Positions 48,065 through 60,058 of a DNA stretch of 64,000 nt are shown piece by piece. A program made the position numbers and the translations under genes. Source of the stretch: Octopus vulgaris. Lineage: Eukaryota. Positions within the stretch are counted from its first letter, which is position 1; each line of letters starts with the position of its first letter. A model generated the notes under the pieces. The model saw nothing but the letters and a program-made list of their open reading frames with translations, was not told where the DNA came from and did not search any database. The stretch spans positions 7,192,001 through 7,256,000 of the forward strand of contig OX597840.1 of the NCBI GenBank assembly GCA_951406725.2, written 5' to 3'.

Positions 48065-48374
48065 TATCACCGTGATCACCGTGACCGACCAGACTATCAG
48101 ATGTTGCTACACATCGCTGGTCACAATGCGCTTCGCATTGTTTTAGCCTTCAAACGACTCCACCCCGCTGGCTAAGCGAGCAGGCCAACAGAAGAAAGAA
48201 AGAGTGAGAGAAAGTTGGGGTGAAAGAGTACAGCAGGGACCGCCACCTCCCCCTGTCAGAGCCTCGTGGAGCTTTTAGGTGTTTTCGCTCAATAAACACT
48301 CACAACGCCCGGTCTGGGAATCGAAACCGCGATCCTATGACCGGGAGTCTGCTGCCCTAACAACTGGGACATTG

Positions 48375-48378
<4 letters not shown>
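48065..48378 (-). mobile_element. SINE family C with tRNA(Arg)-like head
   Basis: Minus head gcgcaatg.cccagt.gttagggcagc.gactc.cggtcataggatcgcggtttcgattccc; related to 49833. Confidence 0.75.
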
Positions 48379-48427
<49 letters not shown>

Positions 48428-48436
48428 GTATATATT

Positions 48437-48785
48437 ATCATCATCATCGTCGTTTAACGTCCGCTTTCCATACCAGCATGGGTTGGACGATTTTGGCTGA
48501 GGGCTGGCGAGCCAGATGGCTGCACCAGGCTCTAATCTTGATCTGGCAGAGTTTCTACAGCTGGATGCCCTTCCTAACGCCAACCACTCCGAGAGTGTAG
48601 CGGGTGCTTTTTACGTGCCACCGGCATGGGTGTTAGTCAGGCAGTACTGGCAACGACCTCACTCGAATGCTTTTACATATGCCACCAGCACAGGTACCAG
48701 TAAGGCGACTTTGGTAATGATCATGCTCGAATGGTGCCCTTTTACGTTCCACTGGCACAGAAGCCAGTTGATTGCTCTGGCAACA
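48437..48785 (-). mobile_element. RTE-related 3' end
   Basis: (CAT)n-gtttaacgtccgctttcca...ctacagctggatgcccttcctaacgcc. Confidence 0.75.
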
Positions 48786-48975
48786 ATATATGTATATATA
48801 TAGTACAAAGTGAGATAGGGGTTATGAGTGTAACCCACTATGGGATATCAGTTATCCAATATACTGCTGGTGAAGCACCCAAAAGGCAAATACATAAATG
48901 CTTATAATTGCAATGCAATTAATTCATTTATTATATTATATGGGCGAAGGTAAAATATTTTACCTCAAATTCACA

Positions 48976-49259
48976 ATACAAATAAGAAAATGGAGGAACA
49001 GATTCCTTTCAATCATCGACTTACAGATATTACCAATTCATATTATTTATTAACTACATAAATAGGAACATCCAAATCCAACAGAATAAAACAATATACA
49101 TCAATTATTTTTATGGTATTATCTTACTTATTGATGTATATTATTTTATTCTGTTGGATTTGGATGTTCCTATTTATGTAGTTAATAAATGATATCAATT
49201 GGTAATATCTGTAAGTCGATGATTGAAATGAATCCGTTCCTCCATTTTCTTATTTGTAT
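48976..49259. repeat. Inverted repeat, about 130-bp arms with 24-bp spacer
   Basis: 48976-49105 pairs with 49130-49259 with few mismatches; part of a (TA)n-flanked element starting ~48795. Confidence 0.9.
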
Positions 49260-49832
49260 ATATATATATATATATATATATATGTTCCAATAACAATGTT
49301 GTTATGAGTGAAAGTTACAGCTACTGATGTAAGTGTGACATGAAAAACAAGAAACTCTATGGGATCATTCAGTGTCAAGAGGTTATGACATCAGGGTTTG
49401 CTTTGATTCTTCAGATGTCAGTAGCCACTAAGATATCATAGAAGATTGAGCAGACGGTTCAAAAACACAGGATATTGGTCAAATAAAGTAACTCCAGAAA
49501 GTTCTCCCAAGGCCATAGGACTAACAAAAAAAAATGGAAAATAGATTTGACTTTTATCACACAGGTGAACTAAAAATTTTTTTTAAATGTTGAAAAGGTA
49601 CAAATTTTGAAGAATGTGTTTGGATAGAGTGGACACTCCACTGTTTCCCTATTTGCTGCACCACTGGTTAAATTCTAACAATATCAGATATTCTGAGAAA
49701 TAATTAGAGACATAACAAAGAAACAGCACACAGCTGAACAGGATTCAAGCCAAGAATCTATTACATCTATTGCTTGTAGTACAAAGTGCCTACCTATAAT
49801 ATGGTTATTTAGTAACCATATCAGTAGGTGTG

Positions 49833-50196
49833 TAGGCGCAATCGCCCAGTGGTTAGGGCAGCGGACTCGCGGTCATAGGATCACAGTTTCGATTGTGAGT
49901 GTTTATTGAGCGAAAACACCTAAAGCTCCATGAGGCTCCGGCAGGGGATGGTGGTGATTCCTGCTGTACTCTTTCACCACAACTTTCTCTCACTCCTACT
50001 TCTTGTTTCTGTTGTACCTGTATTTCAAAGGGCCGGCCTTGTCACACTCTGTGTCATGCTGAATATCCCCGAGAACTACGTTAAGGGTACACGTGTCTGT
50101 GGAGTGCTCAGCCACTTGCACGCTAATTTCACGAGCAGGCTGTTCCATTGATCGGATCAACTGGAACCCTTGTCGTCGTAACCGACAGAGTGCCAT
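49833..50196 (+). mobile_element. SINE family C variant
   Basis: Head taggcgcaatcgcccagtggttagggcagcggactcgcggtcatagga, shared with the 48378 copy; different tail. Confidence 0.75.
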
Positions 50197-50439
50197 CTAA
50201 TATCGGTGGTTTTGTTGCTAGTTTTCATCTCAAATTGGCAGTGTGTATAATAATGCTGAAAGCTGGTGAACTAGTAGATTCATTGGCACATTGCACAGAA
50301 TGTTTAACAGCCGGAGGACTGGCTCTTTATATTCTGAGTTCAGTGGGATTGAACCAAGAACCACAGGGTTGGGAAGCAAACTTCTTACCACACAGCCATA
50401 CCTGTGCCCCCGCCCCCACACACACACCGGGTGCATCAG

Positions 50440-51100
50440 GTATTTGAGAACAAATAGCTGCTCTCCGGCTATCTATCTGCGGCTTTATATAGCTATGGTA
50501 AGACCTCACCTGAATTTGCATCACCGGTCTGAAACCCTTATCTTGCCCAGGATATCAATCGTCTGGAAACCGTTCAGCGACATGCAACCAAAAGAATACC
50601 CTCCATCAGGCATTTGCCATATTCTGAACGCCTTACTTCCCTGGGCATGGACACATTGAAACTCCGACATCTGGCAGCTGACTTGGCAAACACCCATAAA
50701 ATTATTAACCATCTTACAAACAATAACTCAGCACCTTTTCAAACTCCACCTGTCTAACACCCGTGGACATATTTACAAAGTCAGAAAACAGCACAGCTCC
50801 CATGACTTTAGGAAACATTTTTTCATGCTGAGAGTTGCTGAAGCATGGAACAAACTTCCAGCATCAGTTGTTAGTTGTCGGAGCACTGCATCCTTCGAAA
50901 CTTCCATGCTTCCTGAGATTTGCCAACACTACACCTGATTTTCTCCCCTCCATACACACGCAAGCATGTATCTAACTCATACACTGTTCACTTTCCAGAC
51001 ATTTGTACATTACTGCATATACTTTATATGCACTTTCTGACAAGTTGTGGTGCACCTGAGCACTGTATGCAATAATTTCATTATTATTACTATTATTAAA
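50440..51100 (+). mobile_element. CR1-clade LINE 3' fragment with (ATT)n tail
   Basis: LYIAMVRPHL, RLETVQRHATKRIP, YSERL, TRGH, FF.LRV.EAWNKLP motifs across frames. Confidence 0.8.
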
Positions 51101-51998
51101 ATAATTAAATTTTCTTTCAGAAACATTTTTTCATGCTAAGAGTTGCTGAAGCATGGAACAAACTTCCAGCATCAGTTGTTAGTTGTCGGAGCACTGCATC
51201 CTTCGAAACTTCCATGCTTCCTGAGATTTGCCAACACTACACCTGATTTTCTCCCCTCCATACACACGCAAGCATGTATCTAACTCATACACTGTTCACT
51301 TTCCAGACATTTGTACATTACTGCATATACTTTATATGCACTTTCTGACAAGTTGTGGTGCACCTGAGCACTGTATACAATAATTTCATTATTATTACTA
51401 TTATTAAAATAATTAAATTTTCTTTCAGAAACATTTTTTCATGCTAAGAGTTGCTGAAGCATGGAACAAACTTCCAGCATCAGTTGTTAGTTGTCGGAGC
51501 ACTGCATCCTTCGAAACTTCCATGCTTCCTGAGATTTGCCAACACTACACCTGATTTTCTCCCCTCCATACACACGCAAGCATGTATCTAACTCATACAC
51601 TGTTCACTTTCCAGACATTTGTACATTACTGCATATACTTTATATGCACTTTCTGACAAGTTGTGGTGCACCTGAGCACTGTATGCAATAATTTCATTAT
51701 TATTACTATTATTAAAATAATTAAATTTTCTTTCAGAAACATTTTTTCATGCTAAGAGTTGCTGAAGCATGGAACAAACTGCCGGCATCAGTTGTTAGTT
51801 GTCGGAGCACTGCATCCTTCAAAACTTCCATGCTTCCTGAGATTCGCCAACACTACACCTGATTTTCTCCCCTCCATACACATGCAAGCACGTATCTGAC
51901 TCATACATTGTTCGCTTTCAAGACTTTATATGCACTTTCTGACAAGTTGTGGTGCACCTGAGCACTGTATACAATAATTTCATTATTATTATTATTAT
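50812..51998 (+). repeat. Tandem array, 308-bp unit x about 3.9, made of the CR1 3' end
   Basis: Units start at 50812, 51120, 51428 and 51736. Confidence 0.95.
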
Positions 51999-52364
51999 AA
52001 AATTTTAATTTCAAGAAAAAAAAATTTAATTGCCTCCAGGTCCTGGATACATTCCAGGCCAGTGTCTGCAATCAAGTTATCAATATAAGTGTAATGATGT
52101 TTTCCTCTTTTTACATAACCATAAAGTGGGTCCCACAAGACTAATTAGATGCTTCCATTTCAGGGTGGTGCACGCAGTAACCACTTAGTTACAGCCATCT
52201 TTACTTGATCTTCTTGCTAACTTTTGGCAGGTCTCCATAAAGGCATTCGTTTGTCATATGTTGCTGCCATTTCACATTTAGGGCCATTCGTAGCATCCTT
52301 GTGTAGCATCCACTTAACCTATTTGATAATTTCTTTTTCAATGTCCATGCTTCACTGGCATATA

Positions 52365-52597
52365 TATTTCTTTACTACCCACAAGGGGCTAAACACAGAG
52401 GGGACAAACAAGGACAGACAAACGGATTAAGTCGATTATATTGACTCCAGTGCATAACTGGTACTTAATTTATCGACCCCAAAAAGATGAAAGGCAAAGT
52501 CGACCTCGGCGGAATTTGAACTCAGAACGTAACGGCAGACGAAATACAGCTACGCATTTCGCCCAGCGTGCTAACGTTTCTGCCAGCTCACCGCCTT
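52365..52597 (-). mobile_element. SINE family B inserted in an RTE fragment
   Basis: Reverse complement of 41492-41726. Confidence 0.85.
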
Positions 52598-52823
52598 CAC
52601 TGCCATATAACAGCACCAATTCAACAGTTACAATAAACAACTTGATTTTGATTTGCCCAGGTAATTTGGAGTTCCAGATTTTCATTAATTTGTGACAGAC
52701 TGTCCATGCTTGTGCCTTCCTGATCTTGATGTCTCCTTCCAAACTGCTCACTCAGCTACCTAAGTACTTGAAGTCTTCAGCAACATTTAATTTGGAACCA
52801 CTCATAGCAAACAGTTCAGTATG
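52598..52823 (-). mobile_element. RTE-like LINE remnant (RT C-terminal region)
   Basis: DFKYLGS...DIKIRKAQAW...IKLFIVTVELVLLYG; bounded by SINE B and mariner insertions. Confidence 0.7.
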
Positions 52824-52825
52824 TA

Positions 52826-53390
52826 TTTGGTTGTCTGAAAAGTTCGTGTCGATTTATAGTAGCTTACCTTTCTACTTATTTTAGAGCATGGTTGAGTCCA
52901 TAAAATAGGATTTGACTACACCTCCATTTAGAGCACAGTTTAAGCTATATTTTCATGGAAGAAGGTTTATGTTCCTATAATCTGTGTTAATTCTGTAACC
53001 CTTTAAAACGGAAGATAAGAAAGTTGATTTTTGGCACTTGATGCTTTGGGAACAAGACAAAAATTGCTGCAGCTCAGCTGGGATGTGTTACCCCACCCTC
53101 CATATTCACCAGATATTGCTCCTTTGGATGTCCACTTATTCAAGTCTCTGCAGAATAGTCTTAATGGTAAAAATTTCAATTCCTTGGATGACGTAAAAAG
53201 ATACCTTGATTAATTCTTGCCATGAAACCACCTCAATTCTGGGAAGAGGGTATTTTCAAGTTAAAGGAAAGATGGAGACGCATTGTGCAACAAAATGGTT
53301 CATATTTGGTTGAGTAAGAATGTAATGGCAAGTATTTATTGACCTTTTTCTTTCCTTTAAAAATTGCCACGAGCTTTCCGGACAACCCAA
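52826..53390 (+). mobile_element. Internally deleted mariner element
   Basis: TA-flanked TIRs tt(t/g)ggttgtc(t/c)g(a/g)aaag; [16 protein letters not shown] mariner motif in ORF 53031-53213. Confidence 0.88.
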
Positions 53391-53481
53391 TATATATGTC
53401 TATGTGTTTCTTTGTATTTGTGTTTGTCCCCTTTCCCTTATCATTTGACAAAGAGTGTTAGTTTGTTTACACCCCTATATC

Positions 53482-53710
53482 TTAACCCTTTAGTGTTCGC
53501 AGTATTCTGCCAAAATTAATCCTTTTTCATCCACATTGCCTTGAACTAATCATGCATTATCTTGTAGCTATGAGATTTTGATGAGGTAGCTCTTAATTTT
53601 TAAAATGATATTGTAGGGTTGGTGTGAGAGACCAGATCTGGCCAGTTTGAATGTAAAACAGGCAGAATACTTCTGGCCGGATATGGCTGGTTTAAATACT
53701 CAAGGGTTAA
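53482..53710 (+). mobile_element. piggyBac-type MITE
   Basis: ttaaccctttag ... caagggttaa; same family as 1284-1502. Confidence 0.75.
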
Positions 53711-53871
53711 TTATTTAGCAAAAGAGTAACAGAATAAGTACCAAACTTAAAAACAAGGGGCTGATTTGATTGGCTAAAACTCTTCAAGGTAGAACCTAAG
53801 GATGGCTGCTGTTCAATGACTACAACAAGGAAAAGAGAAACAATGAAAGATATTCCAAGCGCTGTAATAGA

Positions 53872-54705
53872 TATTGATTTCAAATTTTGGTACAAGGCCA
53901 GCAATTTTAGGCAGGGGATAAGTCAATTACATTGACCCTACCCTGAAAGGATGAAAGGCAAAGTTGACCTCAGTGAAATTTGAACTCAGAACAAGAAGAT
54001 GGATAAAATGTCAGTAAGCATTGACATGCTAACGATTCTTATTTCTTTATTGCCCACAAGTGGCAAACATAGAGGGGACAAATGGATTAAGTCAATTACA
54101 TTGGCCCCAGTGCATAACTGGTACTTAATTTATCTATCCTGAAAGGATGAAAGGCAAAGTCAACCTCGGCGGAATTTGAACTCAGAACGTAACGGTAAAT
54201 GAAATATCGTTAAGCATTTCGCCCAGCGTGCAAACAATTCTTATTTTTTTATTGCTCACAAGGGGCTAAACACAGAGAGGACAAACAAGGACAGATAAAG
54301 GGATTTAGTCGATTACATCGATCTCCGTGCATAACTGGTACTTAATTTATCAACCCCAAAAGGATGAAAGGCAAAGTCGACCTCGGTGGAATTTGAACTC
54401 AGAATGTAACGGCAGATAAAATACTGCTAAGTATTTCGCCCAGCATGATAACAATTCTGCCAGCTCGCTGCATATATTAATTTTTAATAATGGTTTCAGA
54501 TTTTGGCACAAACAAGGCCAGCAATTTTAGGGAAGTGGTTAGTTGATTACATCAACCCCAGTATTCAACTGGTATTTATTTTATCGAGTTCTAAACGATG
54601 AAAGGTAAAGTTGACCTCAGCAGAATTTTAACTCAGAACATAGTGACAGACAAAATGATGCAAAGCATTTCACCTGGCGTACTAACGATTTTGCCAGCTT
54701 TCTAC
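53872..54705 (-). mobile_element. Cluster of four tandemly oriented SINE family B-related copies
   Basis: Core ggatgaaaggcaaagt.gacctc.g.ggaatttgaactcagaa recurs at ~53950, 54145, 54362 and 54597. Confidence 0.8.
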
Positions 54706-55204
54706 CTTAAGCACTGTAATAGATATTGGAAAAAATTATTGATTAGAAAAGCAATTCGTAAAGAGTAATTGTTCAAATTAATGAATCAGAACAAAACGTT
54801 TCTCAGAAAATGAAACAAAAAGCCTAACTAGCTTTTATCTTTTACTGTTTTCAGTCATTGGACTGCAGCCTTTTTGTAGCACCATCTTGAAGGATTGCTT
54901 CAAATGCATTGTTTAAAAATCTGATGCTTATTCTGTTGGTTTCTTTTATTGAATTGCTAAGTAATGGGAATGCAAACAAACCAATACTGGTTGTCAACTG
55001 GTGATAATAATGAACTAGGGATAGGCACAGAAACACACACACACACACGCGTGCACACACAAACATGCGCACGCACATACACACATATATACACACATAC
55101 ACATTTCAATTCAACTGGGTGAAATATGTTACAAACATATTTTAACTAACCTAAATTTTGCTTATGCTTAAACACTGCTTAGCCCTAACATTTTGTTTTA
55201 TATA

Positions 55205-56766
55205 GGGGTGGCTGTGTGGTAAATAGCTTGCCCACTGACCACATGGTTCCAGGTTCAGTCCCACTGCATGGCACCTTGGGCAAGTGTCTTCTGCTATAGC
55301 CTCGGGCTAACCAAAGCCTTGTGAGTTGATTTGGTAGATGGAAACTGAAAGAAGCCATTTGTATAAACAGGGGTTGGACAAAATAATGGAAACACCTTAA
55401 AATTTCAAACAAATTTATTTTAATATGGGGTGGGACCACCTTTGGTACTAATTACAGCTTGAATTGTACTAGGTATGGACTCGTAAAAAGTTTAAATTGT
55501 TTCCAAAGGAATTTTTGTCCATTCTTCAGCTAAAACAGTGATGATGGTGGAGGATATTGACTCCTTACTTGTTTTTCTAAAATGCACCATAAATGTTCAA
55601 TAATATTGAGATCTGGGGATTGCAGTGGCCAGATAAGATGTTCAACTTTGCTAGAATGTTCCTCGTGCCATTCAGTAACAACTTTATCTATGTGAGTTGG
55701 TGCATTATCATCCTGAAAGATTGTGTTTCCCTCTAGAAACAGTTCTGCAACCACAGGATGAATTTGATCAGATAAAATGCTTAAATAGTCTTCACTATTA
55801 ACTCTGCTATGAAGGGAAACCATTGGGCTGGCAGATTTCCAAGATATAGCCCCCAGCCCTGATCATCACAGATCCTCCTCCATGTTTAACAGTTGGAAGA
55901 AGGCAGTCTGGGTCAAATGCTTCTTTTGGCTATCACCACACGTATACTCGGCCGGTGGTTAGAAATAAGGTAAAGGATGACTTGTCTGAGAAAATAAGAT
56001 TCTTCCACTGCTTTAAAGACCAATTCTGGAGGTTTTTACTCCACTCTAAATGTTTTGCAATGTTTGTTTTTGAAAGTAGTGGTTTTCTGATTGCAGCCCT
56101 CCCGTGAAATCCGGCTTTGTGCAGCTCCCAGCGAACAGTTTTTGTGGAAACTGGGTTCTTGAGGTGGTCATTAAGCTCTGCAGTAATTTTGGGAGCTGTA
56201 TTTTTGTGATCCTTTCTAACAAGAGTCCGACAGTCCCTATCTGAAAAGTTTTGTTTTGTTTTGACGAGGAGGTTTTTCCCTTTTTCTCAAAGCCTGTCAT
56301 TACTTTCGAGACAATACTTCTTGATACACCAAACATTTCAGCTGTTTTCATAATGCTAGCGCCTGCCATACAAGCACCAACAATTTGACCTCTTTGAAAG
56401 TCCGATAGAAATGTCATTTTAATGAATTTTAATTACCTTCTTCTGTTGACATCTGAAAAGAAACAGCAATTTTAGCAAAACATATTAAGCAACACTTTTG
56501 ATGGTTTTATAGATATTTCAAAACTTATGATGCTATGATGCTAGGTGTTTCCATTATTTTGTCCAACTCCTGTATATATATGTGTGTGTGTGTGTTTGTG
56601 AATCTGTGTTTGTCCTCCTACCATCACTTGACAACCGATATTGGTGTGTTTATGTCCCTGTAACTTAGGGGTTCAGCCTAAAAGACCAATACAATAAGTT
56701 CTAGACTTACAAAGAATGAGTCCTGTAGTTGATTTGTCCAACTAACGGCAGTGCTCCAGCATGGCC
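55205..56766 (+). mobile_element. SINE family A split by the Tc1-like insertion
   Basis: Head 55205-55365; tail resumes at 56573 after the right TIR. Confidence 0.8.
55368..56572 (-). mobile_element. Tc1-like DNA transposon with DD36E catalytic spacing (Incomer-like), degraded transposase
   Basis: 29-bp TIRs CAGG(G/A)GTTGGACAAAATAATGGAAACACC (28/29 match), TA on the right flank; HTH fragment LSDFQRGQIVG...; catalytic fragment FQDDNAP...WPLQSPDLNIIE; frameshifted. Confidence 0.9.
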
Positions 56767-57112
56767 TTATATATATATAGAGAGAGAGAGAGCAGAGTTA
56801 TTAGTGAGAGATTATCAATCCATGTAAATTACTTTATAAGCTCTCCAGGTTAACAATATTCTTCAGATAAGTAAAGAACTCTGTGTATTCCTGTGGACAG
56901 GTCTATAGTGTATATCCATGGTTGTGCTCAAGTTCTACTGGTTTTTACACAGAGTAATATACAAGACAAGGCATAAATAATGATCATACCGTATTCTTCT
57001 TTATTGTAGTAAATTTTGATTTAGAGCTGTTTCTCTGTAGCCTTTATAGGTTTGTTATTGATAGGTTTACTCAATCAGTTCATTGATCAGTTGAGAAGAA
57101 TTGAATGAGCTA

Positions 57113-57521
57113 GGGAGAGTTTACGAAAAAGGCAAAGACAGGTAGTGTAAAAAACAAACAGATGTATTTGTATAATGCTCAGGAATAGAAAAAGTTTTTT
57201 ACGTTTTGAGCCTACGCTCTTCTTCAGAAAGAGACACAGGAAAAACAAGGAGAGAAAAAAATGTGTGTAGTGGCTAATGATCTATCATGGTGATATATAT
57301 ATATATATATACACACACATATATAAATAAATATATATATCTATATATCTATATATTTATATATATATAGGGAGAGTTTACAGAAAAAAACAAAAGACGA
57401 AGATAGGTGGTGTACAAAAGAAACAGATGTATTAGTATAATGCTCAGGAATAGAAAAAGTCTTTTACGTTTCGAGCCTACGCTCTTCTACAGAAAGCGAC
57501 ACAGAAAAAACAAGGAGAGAG

Positions 57522-57560
<39 letters not shown>

Positions 57561-57714
57561 GGCTGTGTGGTAAGTAGCTTGCTAACCAACCACATGGTTC
57601 TGGGTTCAGTCCCACTGCGTGGCATCTTGGGCAAGTGTCTTCTGCTATAGCCCCGGGCCGACCAATGCCTTGTGGGTGGATTTGGTAGACGGAAACTGAA
57701 AGAAGCCTGTCGTA

Positions 57715-57759
<45 letters not shown>

Positions 57760-58135
57760 GTGTGTGTGTGTTTGTCCCCCTAGCATTGCTTGACAACCGA
57801 TGCTGGTGTGTTTATGTCCCCGTCACTTAGTGGTTCGGCAAAAGAGACCGATAGAATAAGTACTGGGCTTACAAAAGAATAAGTCCCGGGGGGCGAGTTG
57901 CTCGATTAAAGGCGGTGCTCCAGCATGGCTGCAGTCAAATGACTGAAACAAGTAAAAGAGTAAAGATATAGGGGGAGAGTTAACGTAAAAAAACAAAAGA
58001 CGAAGACAGGTGGTGTACAAAAGAAACAGATGTATTAGTATAATGCTCAGGAATAGAAAAAGTCTTTTACGTTTCGAGCCTATGCTCTTCTACAGAAAGG
58101 GACACAGAAAAAAACAAGGAGAGAAAAAAATGTGC
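57113..58135 (-). repeat. Three direct copies of a 150-175-bp unit carrying a hammerhead-like motif
   Basis: Units gggagagtt(t)ac...aaggagaga at ~57113, 57370 and 57973, separated by (TA)n and a SINE. Confidence 0.85.
57560..57965 (+). mobile_element. SINE family A
   Basis: Colinear with 45806-46235. Confidence 0.85.
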
Positions 58136-58534
58136 CATTTTTATTAGAATTATTTCTGGTTATGACCAAGCAAAGCACTGAAGGAATGGTACAAGCATGG
58201 CGGGGAGGGAAGCAAAGGGAGGCAATAAGAGTAAGTATAAGGTAAGTGGAAGAGAGATAAAGAGGAAAGGGGGAAGAGAAGCGATGATTTGGAAACGAAG
58301 AACTAAAGGGAAGAGAAGGAAAGAAAGGAGGAGAGGAAGAAATAGGAAAAATAGAGGAAGGGAGGCATTCTATGGAAAAGGGGGAAGAGGACAAGAGAAA
58401 TTAAGGAAGGAGCAGTCATAGAACCATTAATGTTTGTAATTTGGGTCATCAGTGATGACTCATCACACAGGAGGACATTTGAACTATCTACTGATCAGAG
58501 GCTATCCAGATATTGTGTTGAAATTTGATATATA

Positions 58535-59023
58535 CTCTTTTACTTGTTTCAGTCATTTGACTGTGGCCATGCTGGAGCACTGCATTTAGTCGAGCAAATC
58601 GAACCCAGGACTTATTCTTTGTAAGCCGAGTATTTATTCTATCGGTCTCTTTTGCCGAACCGCTAAGTTACGGGGATGTAAACACACCACCATCAGTTGT
58701 CAAGCGATGTTGCGGGGACAAACACAGACACACAAACATATACACCGAGTGTGTATCGTTGGCAATTTTTTTTCCCCCCCAACTTCCCTTCCTTGGATCT
58801 TTCCTTTTCCTATGTTTCTGACGAAGAGCTTCGCTTGAAACATTAAATCATCCTTCTTTCTTTCCTTTCCTGAACATCCAAAAACACTATATTTGTTCCA
58901 CGTCCTCGCGTTGTTGTGTTTTCTCTTTGTGTTTTCATATTTGGATTAACTATATATGGAAATGAACTTGGAACCATGTGGTTGGTAAGCAAGCTACTTA
59001 CCACACAGCCACTCCTGCACCTA
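58535..59023 (-). mobile_element. SINE family A (minus strand) with its middle replaced by a hammerhead-bearing repeat
   Basis: Head 59023-58960, tail 58740-58535. Confidence 0.75.
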
Positions 59024-59032
59024 CTGTGTGAC

Positions 59033-59150
59033 GCTTACAGCTCCTAGGTTTCCCAAGCGGTCACCCATCTAAGTACTAACTAGGCTCGACGTTGCTTAAC
59101 TTTGGTGATCAGACAAGAACTGGTGCTTTCAACGTGATATGGCCATAAGC
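59033..59150 (-). pseudogene. Dispersed full-length 5S rRNA copy, probably a pseudogene
   Basis: Minus strand GCTTATGGCCATATCACGTTGAAAGCACC...AGTTAAGCAAC...AGTACTTAGATGGGTGACCGCTTGGGAA...CTGTAAGC; closing stem GCTTA/TAAGC; several CpG to TpG/CpA changes; no oligo-T terminator. Confidence 0.9.
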
Positions 59151-59752
59151 ATGAGATTCCATGCAGTTTCCATCAACTGAATTCACTCACAAGGCATTGG
59201 TCACCCTGGGGCTATAATAGAAGATACTTGCCCAAGGTACCTTACAGTGGGATAAAATCACACTGTTTCAAAGCAAGCTTCTTAACCATACAGTTATGTC
59301 TGCACTTAATTTTTTTTTTCTAGTTTCAGCTCAGAGCTGCGGCCATGCTGATGCACTGCCATTTTGTGTTACACTGTTATTACTAAGAGCCCCCTCTAAT
59401 ATGTGGCACTTGATGAAGAATGGAGTTTGATATAGCTACCCTCATTTGCATCTCTACGGATATCATTCAACTAATCTTTTCTTGGTCTACCCCTAGGTCT
59501 CTTACCAGTTAGTTCAGCTTGAAGAATCTGTCTTGCAATCCCTTCCTGTGACATCCTAATTACATGTCTGTAGTGCCTGAGCTGTGACCTCCCAATGCAG
59601 AAAAGTAGAGGCTCAACCTGATCTCCAAGCTATGTACACTGTTGCATAGCATTACTCCAAAGGTCCTTCAGGAACCCCATTTCAGCAACTTGTATTCTTG
59701 ATTGTACTCTTTCAGTCAAGACCTGAAATTCATGACCATAGGTGAGGTTAGG

Positions 59753-60058
59753 CATCATCATCATCATCATTTAACGTCCGTTTTCCATGCTAGCATGGGT
59801 TGGATGGTTCGACCGGAGTCTGGTAAGCCATGGAGGCTGCACCAGGCTCCAGTCTGATCTGGCAGTGTTTCTACAGCTGGATGCCCTTCCTAACGCCAAC
59901 CACTCCGTGAGTGTAGTGGGTGTTTTTTACGTGGCACAGGCACAGGAGCCAGTGCAGGCTGGCAAACGGCCATGATCGGTTGGTGCTTTTACGTGTCACC
60001 GACACGGACGCCAGTCAGGCGACGCTAGTAACCGCTACGCTCGAACGGTGCTTTTACA
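59753..60058 (-). mobile_element. RTE-related 3' end
   Basis: Same family as 48437-48785. Confidence 0.75.
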
